Shown here: positions 7,643-16,164 of the stretch, piece by piece
Layout of the letters: every line of letters starts with the position of its first letter
Position numbering within the stretch: position 1 is the stretch's first letter
Source of the DNA: a virus
Strand: one strand, 5' to 3'
Virus record (IMG/VR): IMGVR_UViG_3300045988_074507
DNA: 43,225 nt
Position numbers and translations under genes: made by a program
Notes under the pieces: generated by a model
The model's input: the letters and a program-made list of their open reading frames with translations, nothing else
Told to the model about the DNA's origin: nothing
The model's database searches: none

Positions 7643-8128
7643 ATGATGAAAATACAGAGAGATATACAAATAGATGCAATCAAGAAAAGAGAGCTTTTCA
7701 AAGTGACGAAGTATGAAGGATACGCACTCATAACGGACGGCATTTATGGCGTATATGTGAATGATGAAGATTTGTTATTGAATCCAGATAAATTTAACGA
7801 CGTAGCGGACAAAGAAAGTTTTGACCGCTACGAAATGGAAGATAGCGAGGGTGTGAAAGTCCTAAATGAAGCGATCACACTAGAAAGAGAGACGGCAAAC
7901 GCCGTAATTAATTATAAAAAAGAAAAGTGGTGGATATGGAACAAGACGATTAAGAAATTCGGTAAGAAAGCACAATACGAGATTAAACGAAAGATAATAG
8001 AGAAAAAAGGAAAACAAGAAGAAAGTGTGATCGTCGTTGTAAGAAACGAAGAAACATACGACATTGTGGGAATTATTCCGATCATAAGGAACATTGAAGA
8101 AATGAAAAACGAAACATATCAGTTATAA
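7643..8128 (+). CDS. Hypothetical protein (161 aa)
   Basis: ORF with AAGGAAG RBS; no recognisable motif. Confidence 0.6.
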   Translation: MMKIQRDIQIDAIKKRELFKVTKYEGYALITDGIYGVYVNDEDLLLNPDKFNDVADKESFDRYEMEDSEGVKVLNEAITLERETANAVINYKKEKWWIWNKTIKKFGKKAQYEIKRKIIEKKGKQEESVIVVVRNEETYDIVGIIPIIRNIEEMKNETYQL

Positions 8129-8199
8129 ATATTCGAGCGGCTTTTTCTGCTGCCTAAAAACAACAACAGACTAGCATAGATAATAAAAATCGAAACCAT
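8119..8199 (-). CDS. Candidate small hydrophobic toxin-like peptide (26 aa)
   Basis: Minus-strand ORF MVSIFIIYASLLLFLGSRKSRSNIYN, preceded by AAGGAGAG about 10 nt upstream. It is enclosed by the 22-bp long-range inverted repeat. Speculative. Confidence 0.3.
   Translation of the reverse strand: MVSIFIIYASLLLFLGSRKSRSNIYN
8136..8157. repeat. Left arm of a perfect 22-bp long-range inverted repeat
   Basis: agcggctttttctgctgcctaa is the exact reverse complement of 8303-8324. The arms are separated by a 145-nt AT-rich spacer. Confidence 0.9.
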
Positions 8200-8302
8200 A
8201 TGAAATATACTCTCCTTAAAATTAAGTATTTAAAAATAGCAACGAAAAGAATTGATTAATTAATTTGTATACATACACATTAGGGATAACGAGCGTTATT
8301 CC

Positions 8303-8324
8303 TTAGGCAGCAGAAAAAGCCGCT
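8303..8324. repeat. Right arm of a perfect 22-bp long-range inverted repeat
   Basis: ttaggcagcagaaaaagccgct is the exact reverse complement of 8136-8157. Confidence 0.9.
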
Positions 8325-8457
8325 TGACGTAATACAGAAGAAGGATATTTATATACCACAGACGAACAAAAAACAAAGTATCCAGGAAAACGCAAAGAAA
8401 CCAAAAAACAAAGGTCCGCCGCAGTGCGGCACCGTGGCGGGCAGAAAGGGGCAAGCA

Positions 8458-8763
8458 ATGGAGATCACAGAATTTTTAAAAGCAACAAGCGGGAGAAGAT
8501 TCAGACCACTATTAACGTGTAAAGATGGCTTTACAATGAGTGTACAAGCGAGTAGAACACACTACTGCGAACCGAAGCAGGACGATTTGAAAGAATATAC
8601 ACACGTAGAAATTGGACGAATAAGCGAGACAGAAAGCTTATTGTTGATGTATGCAGAGAATGGAGAATACCCAACAGAAACAATTTACGCATTTGTGCCA
8701 GTTGAAGAAGTAGAGGAAATTATAAAGAAACACGGAGGTTTAGTGAAACATTGGAAAAAATAA
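8458..8763 (+). CDS. Hypothetical protein (101 aa)
   Basis: The track ORF 8434-8763 starts at a GTG. The ATG at 8458 (MEITEFLKATSG...) with a purine-rich RBS is more likely. Confidence 0.55.
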   Translation: MEITEFLKATSGRRFRPLLTCKDGFTMSVQASRTHYCEPKQDDLKEYTHVEIGRISETESLLLMYAENGEYPTETIYAFVPVEEVEEIIKKHGGLVKHWKK

Positions 8764-8915
8764 GCGAGACAGAAGGCACCAAAATAGGAACATTGACAGC
8801 CGAAAACGGGACACTTAAAAAAGAGATCGAAGCGAAAAGTGAAGAAACAAAACGGACAGACTGGAAAAAGAACTTTTTAAACAGGTTTTTAAGAAAGTAT
8901 TAAGGAAGTGAATAT

Positions 8916-9320
8916 ATGCTGATTGTAAGCCAAACAAAGGGAAAGATTTGGAACTTAGAGAAATTAACAGGGATTATGATAGATCTAAGAACCAAGCCGC
9001 AGAAACATTACGTTATTGTAGCAGACACGGGAAACTTATTAAAAGACATTGCAACGTATAAGAAAAGAGAAGAAGCAATCGAAGCAATGAACAATCTTAT
9101 AAAGACCTATGAAAACAGAATACCGGATGCAAATACAGTTTATTGTTTACCAGAAGAAAAGAAACCGCTTTACGGGAAGAATAACAAACTACTAGATTTG
9201 GACAAAGTAAAGGCATTAAGAAAAGCAAAGTGGACAATAAAAGAAATTGCCGGAGATATGGGAGTAGAAGAAAAGACAATAAGAGAAGCAGTTAAACAAA
9301 TTAAAGCAGGCGGAGCGTAA
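8916..9320 (+). CDS. Hypothetical protein with C-terminal HTH-like segment
   Basis: 134 aa. The C-terminal WTIKEIAGDMGVEEKTIREAVKQIK looks like a helix-turn-helix. Confidence 0.55.
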   Translation: MLIVSQTKGKIWNLEKLTGIMIDLRTKPQKHYVIVADTGNLLKDIATYKKREEAIEAMNNLIKTYENRIPDANTVYCLPEEKKPLYGKNNKLLDLDKVKALRKAKWTIKEIAGDMGVEEKTIREAVKQIKAGGA

Positions 9321-9357
9321 CGGCGAGCGATGGCAGCAGTAGAAAAGCGAGGGCATA

Positions 9358-9741
9358 ATGGAGCAGAAAATAAAGGTAGAAGAAGTAAGGAAGGTTTTAG
9401 AAAGCTATTGTGAAATTGACGGGAATATTAAAACGTTAAATAGCATAGCGGAAAAGCTGGAAGAATCAGAGGAAGAACAACGACGGTATGAAGAACGTAC
9501 CGAAGAATACAAAAGATTAAAGATTGAGATATTAAGGGAAGTATCACAATTACCGTATAAACAAAAGGCGATCTTAATAGATAAGTACATAAATGATTTA
9601 CGATGGACAAAAGTAGCATACCTAAATCATTACAGTACAAGACAGTGTAAAAATATAAGGAATACGGCACTGCAAAGCCTAAAAAAAGCGTTTCAAAACA
9701 ACGAAACAATTATGAACTACATAGAAAAAGAAGCAAGATAA
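9358..9741 (+). CDS. ArpU/RinA-like late transcriptional activator (sigma-70 region-4-like)
   Basis: 127 aa. LPYKQKAILIDKYINDLRWTKVAYLNHYSTRQCKNIRNTALQSLKKAF resembles a region-4 HTH. It sits directly upstream of the packaging module, as in many Firmicutes phages. Confidence 0.5.
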   Translation: MEQKIKVEEVRKVLESYCEIDGNIKTLNSIAEKLEESEEEQRRYEERTEEYKRLKIEILREVSQLPYKQKAILIDKYINDLRWTKVAYLNHYSTRQCKNIRNTALQSLKKAFQNNETIMNYIEKEAR

Positions 9742-9891
9742 AACTGCCCATAGTTGCACGTTTTAACTGTTAAAATAAATAGTAAAGCATATGATACCAG
9801 GTTTTAAAAGAATTTTTTAGAACCTAGTATTTTTGCGTTTACAGAAAAAGAACAGAGAGCAAATGGAGAAACAAACGAAAGGAGGGAGAAG

Positions 9892-10596
9892 ATGGGACGA
9901 CCACGACACCCGGAAAGAGACAAGTCGAAAGAGAGATATATACAGAGCAAAGGAAAGCTAACAACAAAAGAGCTGGCAGAACTGGCAGGCGTAACGCCGC
10001 AGAGAATCCGAAAATGGAAGAGCGAAGACAAGTGGGACACTGCAATAGCGCCACGAAAGAAAGGCGGACAAAAAGGAAACAAAAACGCCGCCGGAAAAAC
10101 GCCCGCAAAAAATGGAAACAAGAACGCCGAGAAACACGGTATATACTCACGTGTAGACCTGGACAGGATCACGGGGGAAGAAGAAGCACTGATCGAGAAC
10201 GCAAAGCACTATGATATAGCGCAGAAGATCAACGAGGAATATAGCAAACTGATCGTAAAGGAAAGCAGACTGCAGAAGATGCTGGACGAGATTATAGAAG
10301 AGACAAAGAAAGAACCAGATAAAACGTATATAGATAGCGTTACGACAATGGAAGGCGACCAAACACTAGAGATACGCAACAGTAGTTCAGCATTCGAACG
10401 TATGAAGAAGATAGAAGAACAACTAATAAGAGTACACAGAAGCATCATTAAGTTACTGGATACGATGAAGGCACACGAGATGGAAGCACTCAAGTTACAG
10501 CTGGATAAGAAGAAGAACGAACTGCAGCGCATGAAGCTGACCGGAGAAGTTAGCATAGAACCAGAGCCGGAAGAGTATGAGATCATAGACGAGTAA
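9892..10596 (+). CDS. Terminase-small-subunit-like HTH protein (YjcR/PF10668-like)
   Basis: 234 aa. N-terminal HTH LTTKELAELAGVTPQRIRKWKSEDKW is followed by GNKNA..K...GNKNAEKHG repeats typical of this family. Confidence 0.5.
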   Translation: MGRPRHPERDKSKERYIQSKGKLTTKELAELAGVTPQRIRKWKSEDKWDTAIAPRKKGGQKGNKNAAGKTPAKNGNKNAEKHGIYSRVDLDRITGEEEALIENAKHYDIAQKINEEYSKLIVKESRLQKMLDEIIEETKKEPDKTYIDSVTTMEGDQTLEIRNSSSAFERMKKIEEQLIRVHRSIIKLLDTMKAHEMEALKLQLDKKKNELQRMKLTGEVSIEPEPEEYEIIDE

Positions 10597-10868
10597 GGAC
10601 ACACATACAGGGACGACGTGCCGCCCGCCCGGCAGCAGTCGAGCGACGGAGAGAAAGAAAAAATAAAAGTGATGAAGGCATGATACACCGACACAGATCA
10701 CATCGAACACGAAAACAAACAGACGTTTGACTCTTGTTCGAGTGGGTCCTTCCGGCACAAAACGCCGACTGCGGGTACGACGACGCCCAAAAGTCCGTTT
10801 TTCGGCAAAATAAAAAAACGAGTTCCCGAATTTCCATGGAAAAATTCAGATAGGGGGTTCAGAAAAAA

Positions 10869-10889
10869 ATGTGTCCAATTTGGACACAT
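10869..10889. promoter_or_regulatory. Perfect 10+1+10 palindrome immediately upstream of the Nu1-like terS
   Basis: atgtgtccaa-t-ttggacacat, inside the 307-nt non-coding candidate cos region. Confidence 0.5.
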
Positions 10890-10903
10890 GGAAAGGGGTA
10901 AAA

Positions 10904-11392
10904 ATGAAACTGTATACAGCAAAAGCGGTCGCGGCGTGGCTGGGTATGACAGAAAGAAACGTTAGAAAACTAAGAGACAAAAATATAATAAAAGAATTTA
11001 AGCCGGGATTGTATAAATTGCAGGACGTAACACAGCAGTATATCACATACCTACAGAACAAGAACCCGGAAATAGAAGGAACACTGGACTATAACGAGGA
11101 ACGCGCAAAGCTTATGAGGGCGAAGCGTGAGAGTGTAGAGGTAGAATTGAGGACCAGGCGAAACGAGCTGCACGAAGCGGAAGAAGTCGAACAAGTTATG
11201 ACGGATATGTTGATACGATTTAAAACTAAAATGATGGCGATCCCGGCAAAACAAAGTCCGGTTATTGCATCAAAGACAGATCAGACTGAGATTTTTAGCA
11301 TATTAAAGAGAGCAATAGAAGAAGCATTGGACGAATTGGCAACGTATGAAGAAACGTTCGGAGAGAATGAAGATGGAGAAGAAAACGTATAG
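10904..11392 (+). CDS. terS: Terminase small subunit, Nu1-like
   Basis: MKLYTAKAVAAWLGMTERNVRKLRDKNII is an N-terminal winged-HTH typical of Nu1-type small terminases, followed by a coiled coil. RBS GGAAAGGGG lies before ATG 10904, and the track start 10871 is probably too early. It is directly upstream of the GpA-type terL. Confidence 0.65.
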   Translation: MKLYTAKAVAAWLGMTERNVRKLRDKNIIKEFKPGLYKLQDVTQQYITYLQNKNPEIEGTLDYNEERAKLMRAKRESVEVELRTRRNELHEAEEVEQVMTDMLIRFKTKMMAIPAKQSPVIASKTDQTEIFSILKRAIEEALDELATYEETFGENEDGEENV

Positions 11393-13184
11393 ATTATTTA
11401 AAAAAATTTTTGGAACATTAAAACCGCCGCCAGATCTGACGTTGTCGCAATGGGCGGACAAATACAGGCGATTATCTTCCGAAGCATCGGCAGAGCCGGG
11501 AAAATGGAGAACAGACAAATGCCCGTATCAACGTGAGATCATGGACGCGATCACGAATATAAATATAAAAAAAGTGGTGGTTATGTCTGCGGCGCAGGTT
11601 GGAAAAACAGATGCTATGATATTGAATCCTATTGGCTATTATGTACACTATGAACCGGCACCGATCATGGTAATACAGCCAACAATTAAGCTGGCGGAAG
11701 GATTCTCGAAAGAGCGTTTATCGCCAATGATCCGCGATACGCCAGTGCTGACAGAGCGAATCAATGACGGATCACGTTCGAGCGGTAATACGATCGAGCA
11801 AAAAGTTTTTCCCGGCGGACATATAACGATGGTTGGAGCAAACAGTCCGGTTGGGCTGAGATCGCGACCGATCAGAATTTTATTATGCGACGAAATCGAC
11901 GCATACCCGGCATCCGCAGGATCAGAGGGAGACCCGTTACTATTAGCATCAAAACGACAGACAACGTTTTGGAACAAAAAACAGATAGACATATCAACGC
12001 CAACAATCAAAGGAATGTCGCGAATTGAGGTAGAATACGAAAACAGTAGTAAAGGAGAATGGAACGTACCTTGCCCGCATTGCGGAGAATTACAACCGTT
12101 AAAGTGGGCGAATGTAAAATTTGACAAAGAAAATTTAAACAAAATTGAATATATTTGCGAGAAATGCGGAGCGATTGCAAGTGAAGTAGAGTGGAAAGAA
12201 AAATTCACAGAAGGAAAATTTGTGCATGAAAATGCAGAAAATCCGGTAAAAGGTTTTCATTTAAATACGTTGGGATCTACTATGACGACGTGGCGGGAAG
12301 TTGTCGAAAAATTCTTACTTGCCAATGAAGAAAGAAAAAAAGGAAATGTGGAGCTTATGAAAGTTTGGATCAATACAGAAATGGGCGAGACATGGGAAGA
12401 AGAAGGAGAAAAGCTGGAAGAAGATGATCTGATAAAACGTTGTCAAATGTATAATTGCGAAGTTCCGCAAGGCGTTATGTATCTAACGGCAGGCGTAGAC
12501 ACACAGGACGACCGTTTTGAGGTTGAGGTTGTCGGCTGGGGTGTAGAGCATGAGAGTTGGGGGATTAAGTATTCGGTTTTGTACGGAAATTTAGACCAGG
12601 AAGAAGTGTGGCAAGATCTTGATTTGTTTTTAGATCAGACGTTTACCAGGCAGGACGGAATAAAAATGAAAATAAGGTGTACTTGTATGGATTCTGGAGG
12701 ACACTACACGAACAAGGTGTATAAGTTTTGCAAGCAACGCTTTAGCAGAAATATATTTGCAATCAAAGGCGGAAGCGAAAGTACGGCAGCATATATCCAG
12801 AAGCCAACGAAAAACAATCGCGAAAAAGCGTATCTGTTTACACTAGGAGTAGATACGGGAAAATCTCTGCTAATGGGAAGATTGAAGGTTGAGGAAGAAG
12901 GACCGGGATACTGTCATTTTCCACGTGATCCGGGGACAGGGTATGATAAAAAATACTTCGAAGGCTTAACGTCTGAAAAAAAGGTATTGCATTACAAAAA
13001 AGGAAGACCATATTTTACCTGGGAACTTGCGAAAGCGCATAAAAGAAACGAAGCACTTGATTGTAGGAATTATGCATCCGCAGCGATTGAGATCACAGGC
13101 TTGCCACTAAAGAAACAAGATGAACAACCACAACAGAAAAAAACAGCAAAAAGAAGACGAAGACGAACAGGAGGGATTGCATAA
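11346..13184 (+). CDS. terL: Terminase large subunit, lambda GpA family
   Basis: 612 aa. LSQWADKYRRLSSEASAEPGKWRTDKCPYQREIMDA and the Walker A-like SAAQVGKTD are characteristic of GpA terminases. The start is ambiguous (ATG at 11346, 11367 or 11373). Confidence 0.85.
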   Translation: MKKRSERMKMEKKTYRLFKKIFGTLKPPPDLTLSQWADKYRRLSSEASAEPGKWRTDKCPYQREIMDAITNINIKKVVVMSAAQVGKTDAMILNPIGYYVHYEPAPIMVIQPTIKLAEGFSKERLSPMIRDTPVLTERINDGSRSSGNTIEQKVFPGGHITMVGANSPVGLRSRPIRILLCDEIDAYPASAGSEGDPLLLASKRQTTFWNKKQIDISTPTIKGMSRIEVEYENSSKGEWNVPCPHCGELQPLKWANVKFDKENLNKIEYICEKCGAIASEVEWKEKFTEGKFVHENAENPVKGFHLNTLGSTMTTWREVVEKFLLANEERKKGNVELMKVWINTEMGETWEEEGEKLEEDDLIKRCQMYNCEVPQGVMYLTAGVDTQDDRFEVEVVGWGVEHESWGIKYSVLYGNLDQEEVWQDLDLFLDQTFTRQDGIKMKIRCTCMDSGGHYTNKVYKFCKQRFSRNIFAIKGGSESTAAYIQKPTKNNREKAYLFTLGVDTGKSLLMGRLKVEEEGPGYCHFPRDPGTGYDKKYFEGLTSEKKVLHYKKGRPYFTWELAKAHKRNEALDCRNYASAAIEITGLPLKKQDEQPQQKKTAKRRRRRTGGIA

Positions 13185-13421
13185 ATGGCAGGAATCACGT
13201 TAGAAACAGCACAGAAGCACTTAGATGCATGGCTAGAAGCAGAAATGCAGGTAACAAATGCACAATCATATACGATCGGCAGCAGGACATTGACAAAAGC
13301 AAATCTGACAGAGATCAGAAACGCGATCGAATATTGGCAGCAGAAAGTCACAATATTAGAGAACTTAAAGAAAAACAATGGAAGAAGCAGAGTAAAAAGA
13401 TTTGTACCGCGAGACTTATAA
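13185..13421 (+). CDS. gpW-like head-tail joining protein
   Basis: 78 aa immediately after terL, as in lambda. The pattern resembles the gpW family (A..HLDAWL...SYTIGSRTLTKANLTEI). Confidence 0.5.
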   Translation: MAGITLETAQKHLDAWLEAEMQVTNAQSYTIGSRTLTKANLTEIRNAIEYWQQKVTILENLKKNNGRSRVKRFVPRDL

Positions 13422-13477
13422 AAGTCTGCCCGATATTTCCCGTTTTTTTAGGTAAAATTACATATAGAAAATATAAA

Positions 13478-13504
13478 TAAAGCACCCGGAGCGGTGCTTT
13501 TTCT
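13478..13504 (+). terminator. Rho-independent terminator-like hairpin between gpW-like gene and portal
   Basis: agcacc-cggagc-ggtgct followed by tttttct. Confidence 0.45.
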
Positions 13505-13524
13505 GTACGCAGGAAGGAGGAAAG

Positions 13525-15096
13525 ATGAATGTCATAGCGAAAGCAATAGACGGCATCGTAACAACCGTGTCGCCGGAGAAGGGTTTAAAAAGGGCAGCAG
13601 CCAGAAGGCAAAATCAAATCTTAAACAGCGGATATGGAAACCACGGAGCCAGCACAACAAAAAAATCTATGAAAGGTTGGCTATTTGGCGGAGGAAGTGC
13701 AAGAGAAGACATAGAAGACAATCTTGACGTATTACGGCAAAGATCACGAGATCTATACATGGGCGTACCACTTGCAACGGGAGCAGTCAAAACGATGCGA
13801 ACTAATGTTGTGGGACGTGGTTTAAAACTAAAGCCGACAATCGACAGAGAGATACTGGGGATCACACCAGAGGAAGCGCAGAAGCTTGAAAAACAGATTG
13901 AAAGAGAGTGGGCGTTGTGGGCAGAGAACAACGATTGCGACATGGCACGACTAGACAATTTTTACGAATTGCAACAACTTGCCTTTAGTAACTGGTTACA
14001 ATCCGGAGATTGTTTGGCACTCCTTCCAACCAGTAAGCGAAAGAATCAGCCATACGATACAAGAATTCAGCTTGTAGAAGCCGACAGGCTATGCAGCCCG
14101 TATTATATCGATAAATTAGACGGGAGCATAGTAAACGGCGTTGAAGTGGATCAAAACGGGGAAGTGATCGCGTACTATATAGCGAATAGGCACCCATTGT
14201 CATATGAACAAAAGGAAATGAAATGGACGCGAGTAAAAGCGTACGGAAGCAAGACGGGAAGAAAGAACGTACTACACTTAATGAGCCGTGAAAGAATCGA
14301 TCAACGGCGCGGCACACCATTTTTAGCGCCAGTTATTGAAAGCCTTAAGCAGCTGGGGAGATATACCGACGCAGAACTTGTTGCAGCAGTCATAAGCGGA
14401 ATGTTTACTGTATTTATCGAAAAAGAAGATAATTCGGAGGGCGACGCGATCGGAAATATTATTCCAGAAGACCAGCAAGTTGATGAAGAAGACGAAGGAA
14501 GTATCGAAATTGGAGCCGGCGCGGTAATTGATCTGGCAGCAGGAGAAAAGGCGCATGATATTAACCCCGGAAGACCAAACGCCAACTTCGGCGGATTCGT
14601 TGAAGCAATCTGCCAGCAAATAGGCGCAGCGTTAGAAATTCCATATGAAGTGCTGATGAAAAGATTTAATAGCAGTTTTACAGCATCCCGCGGAGCGTTA
14701 GAAGAAGCGTGGAAGATGTTCCGAACATATCGCGACTGGTTAGCAAGGGATTTTTGTCAGCCGGTCTATGAAGAATGGTTATCTGAAGCGGTAGCAAAAG
14801 GAAGAATATCAGCCCCTGGATTTTTTACAGATCCGCTTATACATTATGCCTATTGCAAAGCGGAATGGAACGGACCAGCAAAAGGAATGTTAGATCCAGT
14901 GAAAGAGGTTAACGCAGCAGAAAAAAGAGTTTCAAACGGGTTCTCGACAAGAGCGAACGAAACAATGGAAATGACAGGCGGGGATTTTTACGCAAATGTA
15001 GAACAGTTAAAGAAAGAAGAAGAAAAAATGAAGGAGGTTCGGGAAATTGCCAAAAAGGGAACAGAGACAAGCGCAAAAGGAACAAAGACCGAATAA
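13525..15096 (+). CDS. Portal protein, lambda family
   Basis: 523 aa in the position after terL/gpW. The N-terminal SGYGNHGAS...KGWL...DIEDNLDVLRQRSRDLYMGVPLATGA matches the lambda-type portal pattern. Confidence 0.8.
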   Translation: MNVIAKAIDGIVTTVSPEKGLKRAAARRQNQILNSGYGNHGASTTKKSMKGWLFGGGSAREDIEDNLDVLRQRSRDLYMGVPLATGAVKTMRTNVVGRGLKLKPTIDREILGITPEEAQKLEKQIEREWALWAENNDCDMARLDNFYELQQLAFSNWLQSGDCLALLPTSKRKNQPYDTRIQLVEADRLCSPYYIDKLDGSIVNGVEVDQNGEVIAYYIANRHPLSYEQKEMKWTRVKAYGSKTGRKNVLHLMSRERIDQRRGTPFLAPVIESLKQLGRYTDAELVAAVISGMFTVFIEKEDNSEGDAIGNIIPEDQQVDEEDEGSIEIGAGAVIDLAAGEKAHDINPGRPNANFGGFVEAICQQIGAALEIPYEVLMKRFNSSFTASRGALEEAWKMFRTYRDWLARDFCQPVYEEWLSEAVAKGRISAPGFFTDPLIHYAYCKAEWNGPAKGMLDPVKEVNAAEKRVSNGFSTRANETMEMTGGDFYANVEQLKKEEEKMKEVREIAKKGTETSAKGTKTE

Positions 15097-16162
15097 ATTC
15101 TGGAATTTTGTACCGGGAACAGAAGAAGATCCCGCGCAGCTGATCTTGTACGGAACAATCGCAAGCGCGGAATCTTGGTGGGAAGACAGGGTAACGCCGA
15201 AGCAATTCAACCAGGAACTGGACGCCCTGGGAGATGTAGAAGAAATTGTTGTAAGGATCAACAGCGGGGGCGGTGACGTATTAGCAGCTAACGCGATCTA
15301 TACAAGGTTAAGAGATCACAAAGCAACAATTACGGTAAAAATTGACGGCTGGGCAGCATCTGCCGCAACAATTATCGCAATGGCAGGCGATAAAATCCAG
15401 ATCGCAAAAAACGGAATATTCATGATTCACGATCCATCTATGACGATTTGGAACACGTACACAGCCGAACAATTTGAAAAAATGGCGGAGCAGTTAAAAA
15501 CCGTGAAGCAATCAATTGTAAATGCGTACACACAACGAACAGGAAGGGACGAGGAAGAGGTTTCCGCGCTTATGTCGGAAGAAACATGGTGGACCGGAGA
15601 AGAAGCCGTAGAAGAAGGCTTTTGTGATGAGCTACTATTCGAAGAAGCAGAAACGATCATAGAGAATGGATCAATGTTGATTGTCAATTCGGTGCCGATC
15701 GACATAACAGGATTTAAAACAATCCCGCGAAATGTTTTTGAAAATAAAAGCACAACAAAGAACAGAGGAAAGAAAAAAGTACAAAATAAAGCGGAAGACA
15801 AGAAAGGAGTGCAAATGTCAGAGATTAAAACAGTACAGGATTTAGAAAAACAGTATCCGGGGCTTGTAACAGAGATCAGAAACGAAGCTGCAGAAGCAGA
15901 AAGAACAAGGATTAAGGATATTAAAAATCTTGAAATTGCAGGATTTGAAGACATTGTAGAAAATGCAATGTTTGAAAAACCAATCACAGCAGCAGAAACA
16001 GCCATGAAGATTATTAACAAACAGAAACAGGTTGGAGCTAATTACATGGCAGAAAGAGAAGAAGACGTGAAAGAAAGCGGAGTAAAAAACGTGCAGCACG
16101 GAAGCGGAGAAGAAGAAACTAAAAACAAATTCGATGCGATCATTGATGAAATGAAGTTTTAA
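15047..16162 (+). CDS. ClpP/S49-family head maturation protease fused to scaffold-like C-terminus
   Basis: 371 aa. INSGGGDVLAANAIYTRL...IDGWAASAATIIAMAGDK...IMIHDP is the serine protease core. The C-terminal half is charged and coiled-coil. The exact start is uncertain because the ORF overlaps the portal 3' end. Confidence 0.8.
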   Translation: MPKREQRQAQKEQRPNKFWNFVPGTEEDPAQLILYGTIASAESWWEDRVTPKQFNQELDALGDVEEIVVRINSGGGDVLAANAIYTRLRDHKATITVKIDGWAASAATIIAMAGDKIQIAKNGIFMIHDPSMTIWNTYTAEQFEKMAEQLKTVKQSIVNAYTQRTGRDEEEVSALMSEETWWTGEEAVEEGFCDELLFEEAETIIENGSMLIVNSVPIDITGFKTIPRNVFENKSTTKNRGKKKVQNKAEDKKGVQMSEIKTVQDLEKQYPGLVTEIRNEAAEAERTRIKDIKNLEIAGFEDIVENAMFEKPITAAETAMKIINKQKQVGANYMAEREEDVKESGVKNVQHGSGEEETKNKFDAIIDEMKF

Positions 16163-16164
16163 AA

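Noticed and set aside
8629-8903. Repeated 15-mer ataagcgagacagaa (8629 and 8759; peptide ISETE in two frames) and a downstream open frame 8751-8903, considered as a frameshift extension of ORF 8458-8763.
   Set aside because: No X XXY YYZ heptamer lies in the correct phase at the overlap (tgg aaa aaa taa). The downstream frame could only start at a TTG with a distant RBS. The evidence is too weak to call either a frameshift or a gene.
10871-10903. N-terminal extension MSNLDTWKGVK of the Nu1-like small terminase as given in the ORF track.
   Set aside because: The extension overlaps the perfect palindrome and has no RBS. The ATG at 10904 has GGAAAGGGG upstream and yields the typical MKLYT...HTH N-terminus.
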